Positions 38,830 to 50,894 of a DNA stretch of 64,000 bases are shown piece after piece. The translations under genes were made by a program, and so were the position numbers. The notes below the pieces were generated by a model. The model made no database searches. It saw only the letters and a list, made by a program, of their open reading frames with translations, and was not told the origin of the DNA. The stretch comes from Octopus sinensis (lineage: Eukaryota), in assembly GCF_006345805.1 (NCBI RefSeq), contig NC_043002.1:16616001-16680000 (forward strand). The letters run 5' to 3'. Position 1 is the first letter of the stretch; every line of letters starts with the position of its first letter.

Positions 38830-40250
38830 ATATGAAGCTCAGCTGAAAAGTTCATGGGCTGACAAAGATGTTTCAATGAAAAGTGATGAATTTTTTTCAA
38901 CATAGTCCCCCTTGCAATCCACACACTGCTTCCAATGGTGTTGCAGTATTTAGATCTCATTAAGGCGGCGAGCTGGCAGAAAAGTTAGCATGCCGAGCGA
39001 AATGCGTAGCCGTATTTCGTCTGCCGTTACGTTCTGAGTTCAAATTCCGCCGAGGTCGACTTTGCCTTTCATCATTTCGGGCTCAATAAATTAAGTACCA
39101 GTTACGCACTGAGGTCGTTAAAATCGACTTAATCCGTTTGTCTGTCCTTGTTTGTCCTCTCTGTGTTTATCCCCTTGTGGGTAGTACAGAAATAAGTATT
39201 TAGATCCCATTGGTGAAAACGCTTCCATCATTACCAACAAAGTTGTCATCGGTAGATATGTTATCATCACTGTGATACTTGTGCCAAGCCAGGTGGGCTT
39301 TTTTGTTGTTTTCTTTTTATTGTCAGGGAACAGGTGTTAGTTAGATGGAGCCAAATCATGGGAATAGGAAAAATTGATCAATCAGTTCAGACTCAGAGTC
39401 ACGCACAACGGTCATTGAAACCATTGACTTTTGTGCTGCATCTTTGCTATGAGGAAAGAGAACTCCATTTGTTTGTTTAATGGTGTAGTCCTTTTCAAGA
39501 TTGTCGATAAAATACGATGCTTTTTTGCATCTCAACAATCTCATGCCATTAGTTTGTCTGCCGATGAAATCGCCCTTCTTTGAAGCATCTCTGGAGGGGT
39601 GTTTCCACTACATAGATTGTTTCTTTGTGTCTGGCTCAAGTTGATTAACCCAACACTCATCTTAGCTTGTGAGACGTTCAAGGAAACCAGTTGGATTTGC
39701 CTCAAACAATATCAGAATTTCCCGTGATGTCAACAGCCTGGTGTGCTTTTCAACAGGTGTCAGAACTCGTGGCTCTCATCGAGCAGGACCTTTCGTCATG
39801 CCAAAGTCATTGGGCAGAATATATTCAACTCCATATTTGGATATGTATTCACTATTTAATATATAGTCAACCGTCTGTCATCCATCAGCGTGTCAATGTT
39901 TTCTTCTCCACTGGTAGTTGTAAGACACCCAGATCATTCACTGTTTGACAAAGCAGGAGCTTAATGACAAATGTAGCAGCCGTGTTAACATGAAATTCGT
40001 TGTAGGCTAAACTAAGCCCCTTTTCTTCAGGTACTTGATAACAATCCAACGCCAAATTTTGTTTGTGTTCAACAGTAGTCGCTTCAAGTTCATTTTGGAG
40101 CCTTCTTTGAGCAGTTGTTGATGAGAATACGTTGGTATAGATGCATGTAAGGTTCCACAGCTCCTGCACCACTTTTTCAGAATCATCTTATCCACTTTTC
40201 AGCCGGATGAGCCAAAACATTCGAAACCATTCAGAAAACTTTAATAAAAA
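38830..40250 (-). mobile_element. Decayed mariner-like transposon interrupted by a SINE
   Basis: Mariner-type end ...GCTGAAAAGTTC...CAACATAGTCCCCC and a minus-strand HTH remnant ENIDTLMDD. The frames are heavily broken. Confidence 0.55.
38962..39194 (+). mobile_element. Full-length monomer of SINE family A (233 bp) with a 17-bp TSD
   Basis: Head GGCGGCGAGCTGGCAGAA, B box GAGTTCAAATTCC, tail GAAATA. TSD AGTATTTAGATCyCATT at 38945-38961 and 39195-39211. Confidence 0.93.
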
Positions 40251-40459
40251 TATATCTGAAAATAAACGTTGTTGCAGACAGGTCTGGAGCAGCTACGAAG
40301 ATGTAGAGTGGTAATTATCCGAGATATAAGAAACCCTCTGATAAGTTGTCCACTGCGATGAACAGAAGACTCAGTTAAAGAATTCGGTCAAGGTGGAAAA
40401 GAATTTGAACGCATTGTGACTAGCAGTATGTAATAATTCATCGACTGCTCGATATAGTA

Positions 40460-40635
40460 ATGCAATCACGCACACACACACACACACACACACATACAAA
40501 CACACTTACACACATACACACACACTCACGCCACACACACATACAAACACACTTACACACATACACACACACTCACGCACACACACACATACAAACACAC
40601 TTACACACATACACACACACTCACGCACACACACA
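40460..40635. repeat. (CA)-rich minisatellite with a higher-order unit of about 48 bp
   Basis: CATACAAACACACTTACACACATACACACACACTCACG recurs three times. Confidence 0.85.
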
Positions 40636-41704
40636 CGAAGGCTTCTTTGACCCTCTTTCTACCAAAGCCACTCACAGGCGAGGTCTAAACTAGAAGGCAC
40701 TTGCGCTGTGGGACTGAACCCAAGATCACGTGATTTGGAAGTAAGCTTATAAGACAATATATGCATGGCTGTTATGCTATTACGTTTAAAATAGAATTCA
40801 TGTGAGTTCATGTATATATGTGTGTGTATGCATGCGTGTGTGTAAGTATGTGTGTTTATGTATGTATGTGTGTACGTATGTGTGCATGTATGTATTTATG
40901 AAGGCATGCTTATATTTACATATTCAACTTCATTTTTTTTTTCTTATTTCGTATGCAATACCACTCAAGTTAACCTTTGCATATAATTGAATGTAAATCC
41001 ATGTTACTACAAGTTCCAGTCATATATTAAACATAATTTGTCGTGTGGCATCCTGTTGGGGTATTATACTATTTTGAAAAGATTATGTAACGTATAACCA
41101 TCACTGGAAATTCAATTGCAATCTTTTTTTTCTAAATTATAAAATGTTTTCTCGTGACTCACTAACGGATAATGATCATTTGTTTCAATAAAGCAGACGA
41201 GTTTCATTGGAGTTTTTCTTTTTAAAAGTTTCTAACCTATGGTTTGGCTTACTGATGACAAAACTCGCATTCACTTTTTCGAAGTCGTGCTAATAAAATG
41301 TCCAAAGGTTATGGAATTATATAACTTTAGCTAAGCAAAAAAACCTATCTTGCCAAGTTTCCAAAGACGCATTTTTGTTCATATTGAAAACGAAAACACA
41401 CTAGGATTAGACGACGGGAATGAAATCATAACGTGGTCAATGGAATCGCTAGAAGTAGCAAGCAATTTCCCCAGAAAGAACACCTTAACTTATAAACGGA
41501 CAACACAAAAATTAGGGAAAGCTGCTACTGAAAATGTTATAGTTTTGGTTTCAGTATCATAGATCGAAGATCTACCTGAAATTTGTATTTTTCTGGTTAC
41601 GTGTATACTGTAGCCTGCAATCTTTTCAATGATTGGTTTGAACAAAGATCCAACGTGAAATTTTGGTTTAAACTTAGGCGAGCTGGCAGGATTGCTAGTA
41701 TAGG

Positions 41705-41867
41705 TGCCGGAGTGGCTGTGTGCTAAGTAGCTTGCTTATCAATCACATGGTTCCGGGTTCGGTCCCACTTCGTGGCATCTTTGGCAGGTGTCTTCTACTA
41801 TAACCTCGGGTCGACCAAATCCTTGTGAGTGGTTTTCAAAGACGGAAACTGAAAGAAGCCCGTTGTA

Positions 41868-41950
<83 letters not shown>

Positions 41951-42143
41951 CTTCTTTGTCGGTACTTGTCGCCCCAGCATCGCTTGACAACCGATGGTGT
42001 TTTGTTTTCGTTCCAGTAACTTAGGGGTTCGGCAACTAAGACCGATTGAGTAAGTACTAGGTTTAGAAAGATTAAGTCCTGGGTTGATTTGTTTGACTAG
42101 AGGCGGTGCTGCAGCATGGCCGCAATCAAATGAATGAAACAAG
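41705..42143 (+). mobile_element. SINE family B with an internal (TA)n expansion
   Basis: GGAGTGGCTGTGTGCTAAG...GGTTCGGTCCC...GACGGAAACTGAAAGAAGCCCG...GCGGTGCTGCAGCATGGCCGCAATCAAATGAATGAAAC. Confidence 0.9.
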
Positions 42144-42230
42144 TGTGTGTATTAGTATGTATATATATATATATTATGGAGATGTACTTGCATAGCGAGT
42201 GACTTGATCTGAGATCGTGTGCTGGAACGA

Positions 42231-42485
42231 AAACAATTGCAGCGTGGAAGATGTTTATAAGCCACTTAAGAAACACACAAAACCGTTAGATTCACTTCAA
42301 CATTTAAATTTAATTTGTTCAGTGACAAAACTTCGTGATGCAGCATGAAATTTTGTCAGTGAAGCGGTCGTGGTCTCAAAGCGACGAAAATATTTTGACA
42401 AATTAAATTTAAATGTTGAAGTGAATGTAACGGTTGTGTGTGTTTCTTAAATGGCTTATAAACACCTTCCACGCTGCAATTGTTT
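42231..42485. repeat. Near-complete palindrome (fold-back element) with a deletion of about 35 bp in the left arm
   Basis: The outer arm of about 88 bp AAACAATTGCAGCGTGGAAG...TTAATTTGT pairs with ACAAATTAA...CTTCCACGCTGCAATTGTTT. Inner hairpin TTCA.TGACAAAA.TTCGTG/CATGAA.TTTTGTCA.TGAA. Confidence 0.9.
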
Positions 42486-42514
42486 ATATATACATATACA
42501 TATATATATATGTA

Positions 42515-42990
42515 TTGAATACACCTCCATTTAGAGCACAGTTTAAGCTATCATTTCGTGGAAGAAGGTTTATGTTCCTATAACCGTGTTAATTCTGTAA
42601 GCCTTTAAAATGGAAGATAAGAAAGTTCATTTTCGGTACTTGATACTTTGAGAACCAGACAAAAATTGCTGTAGCTATGATAGTATGTGTTACCCCACAC
42701 TCCATATTTACCAGGTGTTGCTCCTTCGGATTTCCACTTATTCAGCTCTCGGCAGAATAGTCTTAATGGTAAAAATTTCAATTCCCTGGATGACATAAAT
42801 AGGTACCTTGATATATTCTTTGACATGAAACCACCTCAGTTCTGGGAAGAAGTTATTTTCAAGTTACATGAATGATGGAGACGCATTGTGCAACAAAATG
42901 TTTCATATTTGGTGGATTAAAAATAAATGTAATGGTAAGTATTTATTGAACATTTTCTGTCTTTTAAAAATCGGCACGAACTTTCCGGAC

Positions 42991-42998
<8 letters not shown>
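42515..42998 (+). mobile_element. Internally deleted mariner derivative
   Basis: MEDKKVHFRYL is joined to RQKLL...LPHTPYLPGVAPSDFHLF...NGKNF...WE. Right TIR AAATCGGCACGAACTTTCCGGACAATCCAATA. Confidence 0.88.
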
Positions 42999-43028
<30 letters not shown>

Positions 43029-44365
43029 GGGTTTGTGTATGTATTTATATTCATATCTATATACTGATACGTCATGCATACAGATGCATCTGTGTATGTG
43101 CTTGTGTGCATGTATACATTTACATATACGTATACATAGATATATACATATTTACATATATTTACATACACATACACATACGCGCGCGGGCGCACTCATA
43201 TCTGTAACCAAATGTCTCTTTTAAAAATTTTTATGAAATGTTACGCATAATATAAGGGAAATAGGGCTTTCATAGAGAGAGAGTAATTATATAAAATTCA
43301 CATAGAACCTGCCTCTTTCATGTCTTTCTCTTACCTCCATCCGATGACATCATTTGCATTAACTTTACATTAATATATACTTTAAACAATAACATCTTCA
43401 GTATAAATTAATTCCTGATTCATTATATTTGCTTAAATATATTATCTCATATACCCAACAATGCACCGAAATATAATTATTTGCTATGTGTTGTATTGTT
43501 TTCATTTGAATTTATATTTTTGACTGTATAGTCATTTACTCTCCGAGGTTTTTGTCTCTTTATATCTTCAAAATAAATTCCATCAAAGAATTAAGATAAT
43601 TTGACTTCAGTATCACAATAGTTCGATTTAATGTTTAATAAAAGCCTTCGCCGTTATTTAATCAGCGATAATGAGGTTTTGCGTGCAAACAAAAGCCTTT
43701 TCACTAACTCGTATTGAGGCGACTTATAATAAATTGCAATTTTACTTACAGGTACATTTTCGGAAAGTGTATTATGCATCTAGTGGAATATATGTATACA
43801 TATAAACAATGCTTATGAGGGTGTATGTAGGAGTAAGTGCGCACGCGTGTGTGCAATAGAGGCTGTTGAAATAAAAGGAAGTATACTCAGGGATACGCTT
43901 TAAATGAAAGGAATTAAATAAGAACCATTATCATATCCGTTTAGTTATAACTCATATAAGTAAACTTATTTGAGATTAATTTGCTTTATATAAAGACTTG
44001 AAGTTGTAAATCACACAATTTCTAATACTGTGATAACTAAGTTGCATTGAATGCAAATAGGAGAGCGAGTAATTGTTTGAAACTAAGAAATAATTTATTC
44101 ACGAAAGACTTAACGCAGTAAATAGTATTTAACTGAGAAGACAGTGAATCTAATACTGATTACATTTATGTTATGATAAATAAAACATGTATTTAAATTG
44201 AAAGATGAAACTGTCCACACTCGTATGAGCAAGTAATACCATCACATGTAGGATAGATGTCACAAAATTCGTTCATCCGAAACTGCCACATGTTGTCGAG
44301 ATGTTATCTGCAATATTTGATTTCGCAAAGGAAGTAGTATTTGTTTCTACGCAATCTTTTGAAAT

Positions 44366-44760
44366 ATTTGGTATTCCGGAAAGTTCGTGCTGATTTTTAA
44401 AGGAATGAAAAAGGTCAATATATACTTGCCATTACATGTTTAATCAACCAAATATGAACCATTTTGTTGCACAATGTGTCTCCATCTTTCCTTTAACTCG
44501 AAAATACCCTCTTCCCAGAATTGAGCTGGTTTCATGGCAAAGAATTCATCAAGGTATCTTTTTACCTCTTTCACTGAATTGAAATTTTTACCATTAAGGC
44601 TATTCTGCAGAGACCTTAAAAAGTGGAAATCCGAAGGAGCAATATCTGGTGAATATGGAGATTGGGGTAACACATCCCAGCCTAGCTGCAGCAATTTTTG
44701 TCTGCTTCCCAAAATATCAAATGCCATAAAGGAACTGTCTTCCATTTTAAAGGGTTATAA
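44366..44760 (-). mobile_element. Mariner deletion derivative, 3' half (split by an insertion)
   Basis: TIR ATTTGGTATTCCGGAAAGTTCGTGCTGATTT. ORF 44440-44745 contains QKLLQLGWDVLPQSPYSPDIAPSDFHFLRSL. Confidence 0.9.
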
Positions 44761-45213
44761 TTTACTTTAAAAAGAAATACTTTAAAAGGGAAAAACGTGA
44801 GAAAAAAAAGAAAAATTAATAATCTAATTTAACAATAGACAAAAACATGTGCCTTCTCGCACATAAACACAGTATTCACACATATACAAACATGCGCAGA
44901 TGCAATTATTGAAGTACTAAATGACACGTCAAATGATATTTAATCGTGTGGAACATGTTACATGCATATCAATATTCTAAAGTTTGGACATACTATCCCT
45001 TATCCTAAAGCTGCTTCAGACAATTAGGAAGGGTTCCCGACTCGTTGCACCGTCTGCTTTCAATCTTGGATTGTGATTCGGCTCAGCCCAAACTCTCTCA
45101 GATTTTGTCTGCTGTTGCCTACTCCTACAAGGATTGCATCTGTTTTTTGTTCCTGATTTAACCCCGATTTGTCCTAGAGCCCATAGAAGATTGTTTTTAG
45201 TCAACCATCCATC

Positions 45214-46381
45214 ATGTCAGCTACCTACGCATCGAAACTGAGATCTGCAAGTAGGGCTTCTCATCAAGATGATGGTCCTACCAATAGTCAGCTCAACGAG
45301 CAGTTGCTGTTGCTCAAACAAGAGGTTGAGCACCTAAAGTCTGTTTTTGCTCTCTTACTGAATAAACAGTCTCCTGTTGACGCAGAGTCACCCTTGATTT
45401 CTTCCCTGGAGACGTCCAAACCGAAGGGAACAAAATCGAAGCGGCCAAAGAAGGCGAGGGAACCGGCGGTCGTTTCTGCACATGATCGTCCCGTGCGGAT
45501 TCTTCCTCATCTGCCTTTTCGGACCCGGAGGTTCCCCAACCTAGTTTGAGGAGCGTAGACTCAAACCCACCTGAAGACCGTTGTTCTCCCCAAAAGAAGA
45601 AACGTAGTCAAAACTCCAGAGGGGCAGATTTGGCTATGAAACCTGATCACGATAAAATCTGTTTGGATTCTCCTTCACTTGTCCTTCCCATAATGCCATT
45701 GCTCAACCAATTCTGAACGATCTCGATGTGAGTTCATCTGGGGAGTGGTGCTCCCCCAAACCGAAGAAGAGGCAGTGCAGTTCCAAACCAGGCGGGAAAA
45801 TTATGACTACTAAATCCATTCCGATCGACCCCACAGGCCGACATAAGTCCGATGGCTATGAAACCACCCTTTCGAAATCCTCCAATGAAGAATCGAATAC
45901 CGCAGCTCATAGTAGAGAACTTTTTGCCCACTCAAGATCGGCAATAATATATGGCAAAGCTGAATCCACCTGTGATACAGGCATAAACCGCCTAAAAGAA
46001 GACATTAATTTTGTTTCCATTTTGGTTGGAGAATTGTTCTCTGTGAACGGAAATGTCAGTGTTCTTAAGGTCGCTCGGCTAGGAAGATTCCAAGTGAACC
46101 CAACCGCAGATACTAGACCACGCCCAATAAGGGTAATCTTTTCTTCTGATCGGGAGGCTTCAGTCTTTCTGAACAGAGCTCAGACGCATGCCTGGGAGGA
46201 CCCCAATATGGGTTTTCGCGAGGAATACTCACTAAGAGAGAGAATTCGCCGGAGGAACCTGATATCCGAGCTAAAGATGAGGAAACAAATGGGAGAGAAG
46301 GGTTTACGAATCCAAGATGGACAGATAATCAAGTCCTACCTCTGGTCCCTTGCTGTAGTGCTGACAGGGAAAGTGATGTGA
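45214..46381 (+). pseudogene. LINE ORF1 (coiled coil plus RRM-like/CTD), two frameshifts
   Basis: Segments 45214-45549 (LLLLKQEVEHLK coiled coil) and 45728-46381 (RLGR...RPRPIRVIF...REE.SLRER..R..L..ELK.R...GE..L.I..G.I), a typical CR1/jockey ORF1 C-terminus. Confidence 0.8.
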
Positions 46382-49263
46382 GGGCAAATCGAAGTGAAGT
46401 TGATACCCCCGTCAACGATGCTATTTCTGATGCCCTTTATTCTGCTTGTTCCCCAACTCCCGCCCCTCAGACTTCACAGCTCAGCATCGTCTACACCAAC
46501 TCGTGCTCCTTATTCCCAAAGTTCAGTGTACTATTTACACTGGCCATACGTGACTCCCCTGATGTGATAGCTATCACCGAGACTTGGCTGACTCCAGCAG
46601 TAAGGACTCAGAAATCCACCTGCAGGGCTACGTCCTTTTCAGATGTGACAGAGGAAAAGGGCGAGGTGGAGGTGTTGCTGTGTATGTTAAGTCTGAGCAC
46701 ACACCATCCTGCGGTATTCTACCCACAAATGCTCAACCTACAACCAAATTCGATGCCGTCTATTGCAAGCTGAGCCTATCTGAGTTTTGCCTGCCCGTGT
46801 TGGCTGTCTACAGGCCGCCTCTAGCCGACCCCCAGGACGATGCTCATCTACTCGAAGCGATAAGATTCGTTTCAGCTTCGCATGACTGCTTGGTACTAGG
46901 CGACTTCAACGCTCCCACGATCGATTGGCCCGCATCAATTTGTACATCTTCCCGGTTCGGCCAGGCCCTTCTTGACGTGGCTGAAGATTGTTTTCTATCG
47001 CAACATGTTGAATATCCGACAAGGCATCGGTCTGGGCAGCATCCATCTATGCTAGATCTGGTATTCTCCCGCTATCCAAGATCAGTGTCAGACGTATCTG
47101 TGTGCGCCCCTCTTGCCAAGAGTGATCATGCGGTCCTGAAGTTCGTCATGCACACAACTTTTTCCACGCCCGCGATTACTTCGCTGCCACGTAGAGTCTT
47201 CTCTGCAATTAATCTTGAAATTCTAACCGAGGCTTCCGCGCTTCTGGACTGGCGATCCCTGATGACGTTGTCCTCAGTTGACGAACTATGGTCATCCCTC
47301 AAAGCATATGTAATCTGTTTGACTGACCAGGCAGTTCCCGTTGGGCTTCCCAAGAGGAAGAAACACAAGCCCTGGGTGACGAAGGAGGTTAAACGAGAAC
47401 GTCGACTCAGGGATATTGCTTGGGCTGAATTCAAAAATCTGGATTCGACTGCAGCTTTTGAGGTGTACAAAACTCAACGAGACCGAGCCGTGAAAATTGA
47501 AAAGAAAGAACGCTTCAGTTATGAATACAAAATCGCGGCAAATGCCAGTAGCAATCCAAAAACCTTCTTTGCCCATGTCCAGCGGAATCCCCGCTTGAAC
47601 AACCAGATTGCAACGTTGGTAGACTCAACAGGCGTATCGATTGAGGACCCTTATCAACAGAGTCAATTATTTGCCGAAGCTTTTTCAACTATTTTCAAAC
47701 AAGATGATGGTCGTGAACCCCCCTCCATTTGATAGATCGGTACCTCCAATGCTTCGATTGATCATCACGCGGGACGAAGTCAAACGTGTTATTCAAGGCC
47801 TCGATGTCAACAAGGGTCACGGCCCTGACGGCATACACCCACGGGTTATGAAAGCGTTGGCTCCGGTCATCTGCGAGCCTTTAACACGACTATTCAATAT
47901 GTCATTGGCGACGGGTGTTATACCTGCAGACTGGAGAACAGCGATAATCTGCCCAATTTTCAAGAAAGGGAGTCGCGAAGACCCGCTTAACTACCGACCG
48001 GTTTCCCTTACATCAATAATCAGCAAGATGTTCGAAACCATCCTTAAGAAAAGTATGATGCTCCACCTCCTAAACACAGCCTCGATCACTGATTCCCAAC
48101 ACGGCTTCGTGCCGAAGAGATCATGCTTGACCAACTTACTAGTAATGGAAGAATTGGTGACGCGCATCCTCGATGATAGTGATGCTGTTGACATCGTTTT
48201 ATTGGACTTTGCCAAAGCTTTTGACTCGGTAAACCACCGCCTACTACTTGTCAAGCTTCAATCATATAGTTTCCATCCGGATATTGTACGATGGGTTGGT
48301 GCCTTCCTCTCAGATCGCTCCTTCCAAGTTCAAGTTAATGGTTCGCGGTCCGAAGTCTCCAGTGCGAGCAGTGGCGTGCCTCAAGGTTCAGTGCTTGCGC
48401 CCTTGTTGTTCTTAGTCTTCATAAATGACTTGCCCGACGATCTCACGCAACACACCCTTCTATTTGCCGACGATATCAAACTGGTCGCTCCTCGCGGTAG
48501 TATAGAGGATCTTCGTCGATGCCTCCACCAAATTTGGAAGTGGTATAACGATTGGGACCTGTGTCTGAACGTGTCAAAGTGCTGTCATCTGCCTGTCGGC
48601 TCTACTCCTGCAACTCAACTTGATTTCGAGCCGGGTCGTCTGCTGCTGGAGAGGACCGATCAGGTAAAAGACCTGGGTATCTTGGTGGATTCCTCCCTTT
48701 CGCCTTCGGCCCAGTGCGTCCATGCTGCCAACAACGCGCGCGGAATTCTGTTTTTAATTCGACGGTCATTCGGAATGCTCACAGCAGCCATATTCCTGCC
48801 ACTCTATGTCACGCTGGTGAGACCCATATTGGAGTATGGGATTCAAGCCTCTTCTCCTTATCTCCTCAAAGACATACAGCACCTCGAAAGAGTCCAGAGG
48901 CTGGCTACCCGCATGGTTCATGGTTTCAAAAATTTGTCCTACGAAGAAAGGCTGAGGACGCTCGACCTTTATTCTCTTGAAAAACGCCGCCGCCGTGGTG
49001 ATCTCATTCTCGCCCACAACATCATAAGCGGGAAGTGTAACCTCTCGAAAGAGCTGTTCTTCACTCCTGCTCCGGGGCGTCGGCTGCGGGGTCATTCCGA
49101 AAAGCTCTACCTGCGACGATTTAATCTCAATCGAAGGAGAGGAGCTTTCTCCGTCCGGGTTGCGGATCCGTGGAACAAGCTGCCAGACGAGATGGTGAAG
49201 ATGCCGACGACCGCTTTGTTCAAAGCCTCCCTGGACCTCAAGTGGCCTGAACTCTTTACATGA
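46378..49263 (+). pseudogene. LINE ORF2: apurinic endonuclease plus reverse transcriptase, two single-base frameshifts (about 46603 and 47720)
   Basis: IVYTN..SL, IAITETWL, DRGKGRGGGVAVY, LGDFN, LDLVF, SDH; then GPDGIHP, NYRPVSLTS, QHGF, LDFAKAFDSV, GVPQGSVLAPLLF, LFADD, KDLGI, RRRGDLI, RGH...WNKLP. No in-frame stops apart from those created by the two shifts. Confidence 0.95.
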
Positions 49264-49351
49264 ACACCACCCTGTACTTAACTCCATGTCCCCCTACATG
49301 GCCTTTCTATTTGCTTTTGAGCCAAATTAACTAACTAACTAACTAACTAAC

Positions 49352-49523
49352 ATAAAATTAACATAGGCTATAGGGGCATAAACCTTCTTCCACGAAAAGA
49401 TAGCTTAAACTGTGCTCTAAATTGTGGTGTAGTCAAATCCCATTTTATGGACTCAAACATGTTCTAAATTAAGTCGAATGTTAAGATACTTTAAATCGGC
49501 ACGAACTTTCCGGACAACCCAAT
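49352..49523 (-). mobile_element. Mariner deletion derivative, 5' half with TIR
   Basis: CATAAACCTTCTTCCACGAAAAGATAGCTTAAACTGTGCTCTAA is the reverse complement of about 42530-42575. TIR AAATCGGCACGAACTTTCCGGACAACCCAAT. Confidence 0.88.
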
Positions 49524-49659
49524 GTATTGATATATAATTCAAATGCCGTGTCTTTCGTTTATGACAACATTGCATTTTAATAGATATAATTAATCCAAGC
49601 ATTCATTCTTGATCAAGTAAAATCCAAAGCCATTTGCAAAACCGGAGCTTTTCAGTTAG

Positions 49660-49718
49660 TCTGATTTCCATATTGAAGGATGTACAATAATTATTTTGAA
49701 GACCTCTCCCTGGATCAG
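49660..49718 (+). CDS. Candidate internal exon (SDFHIEGCTIIILKTSPWI)
   Basis: Donor CAG|GTAACA. The acceptor TTTTCAGTTAG requires use of the second AG. Phase 0 to 2. Confidence 0.3.
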
Positions 49719-50568
49719 GTAACAAATATATGTAATGCTGAATGCGCAGAACAGTGGATACTTCATACTGCTGGATGATGAGAAGGCTGCTGCATACAGT
49801 TTTTCAAAACTTTATTCAAACGCACTGAATTACAGCGGAACATAATCGTCGTCAACAGTTCTTTGAATGATAACGTTACTCGTATCGTATCTCTTGCACA
49901 TTTGTCACCCGTAATATCTGTATTACAAAATATCAAGATTTTAAGACATTCGTACTGACAATAACTGGCGATGAAAACATGCTATCTGCTTACATTAATG
50001 TATACATTAGTATAAATAAGTTTAGAAAAAGGCGAAAGAGTATATCGGAATTAGTTAGATATAGTATGTAATATTTTATTCCATAGCTGGTAATAAATAC
50101 ACAAAATCAATAGAATAACCAATATAATTGTTACTGGAATTTAATTAACTAATATATGTTATGAGATTAAAAATTACTTGTCCTACGTCTGGTTTCGGAA
50201 AAATAAATGCTTTCAGGAAACTATTCGAATTAATCTTATATAACCAATTCCAAACGAATGCTATTTTTGTATATTTCATAAATCAATGTTATTCCTTTAA
50301 TATTTAATAAATTGTAACAATTGTAATATATAATAAAATCTACTAGATGTACAAAATAATTTTATGAAAAATTTGTATTTTAAGCAGTGTTTTTAACAAC
50401 ATGTTTTATAAGGTTATATAACCCAAGAACCTATGTGAATATACTAATTAATAAATGTTGCATTCATGTGCGTGTGTGCTTGCATATGTATGCATTAGTT
50501 TTAGTACATGTGTGTTTGTACGCGTGTGTGGGTGTGTATGTATCTATCTCTATCTATCTATCTATCTA

Positions 50569-50636
<68 letters not shown>

Positions 50637-50894
50637 TATATATGTATCAAGACGGATAGGCAGATAGGTAAGTATATGTATATATTCATTTATACACACG
50701 TACACAGACACATGGATATGTATGTGGGTATATGTGCAAGCGTGTGTGTGTATGCGTGTGAATACATGAATACATCTCATTGTCCAATGCCGTGTGAAAG
50801 AGTTATGCGTATTTGATATTCAATCCCATAATATTTGCCACACTTATGATCTGTGGAAGTGGTAAATTGTACAAGAATATACTTTTTATACATA

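Larger units (their letters stand above)
44990..49351 (+). mobile_element. Young, near full-length CR1/jockey-like LINE with a (TAAC)n tail
   Basis: 5' UTR, ORF1, APE-RT ORF2, short 3' UTR and (TAAC)n at 49328-49351. Markedly higher GC than the flanks. The 5' boundary is approximate. Confidence 0.93.

Noticed and set aside
40195-40240. CGGATGA...GAAAC motif
   Set aside because: U4 is substituted and there is no convincing helix II or III. It lies within a mariner remnant.
42352-42402. Hammerhead-like three-helix junction
   Set aside because: There are eight nucleotides rather than seven between helices I and II, the core reads GTGAAGCG and the triplet would be UUU. It was not called a ribozyme and is kept only as a lead in the palindrome finding.
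49328-49351. (TAAC)n as a telomere-like repeat
   Set aside because: It directly follows the LINE 3' UTR, so it is the element's tail. It does not match TTAGGG.
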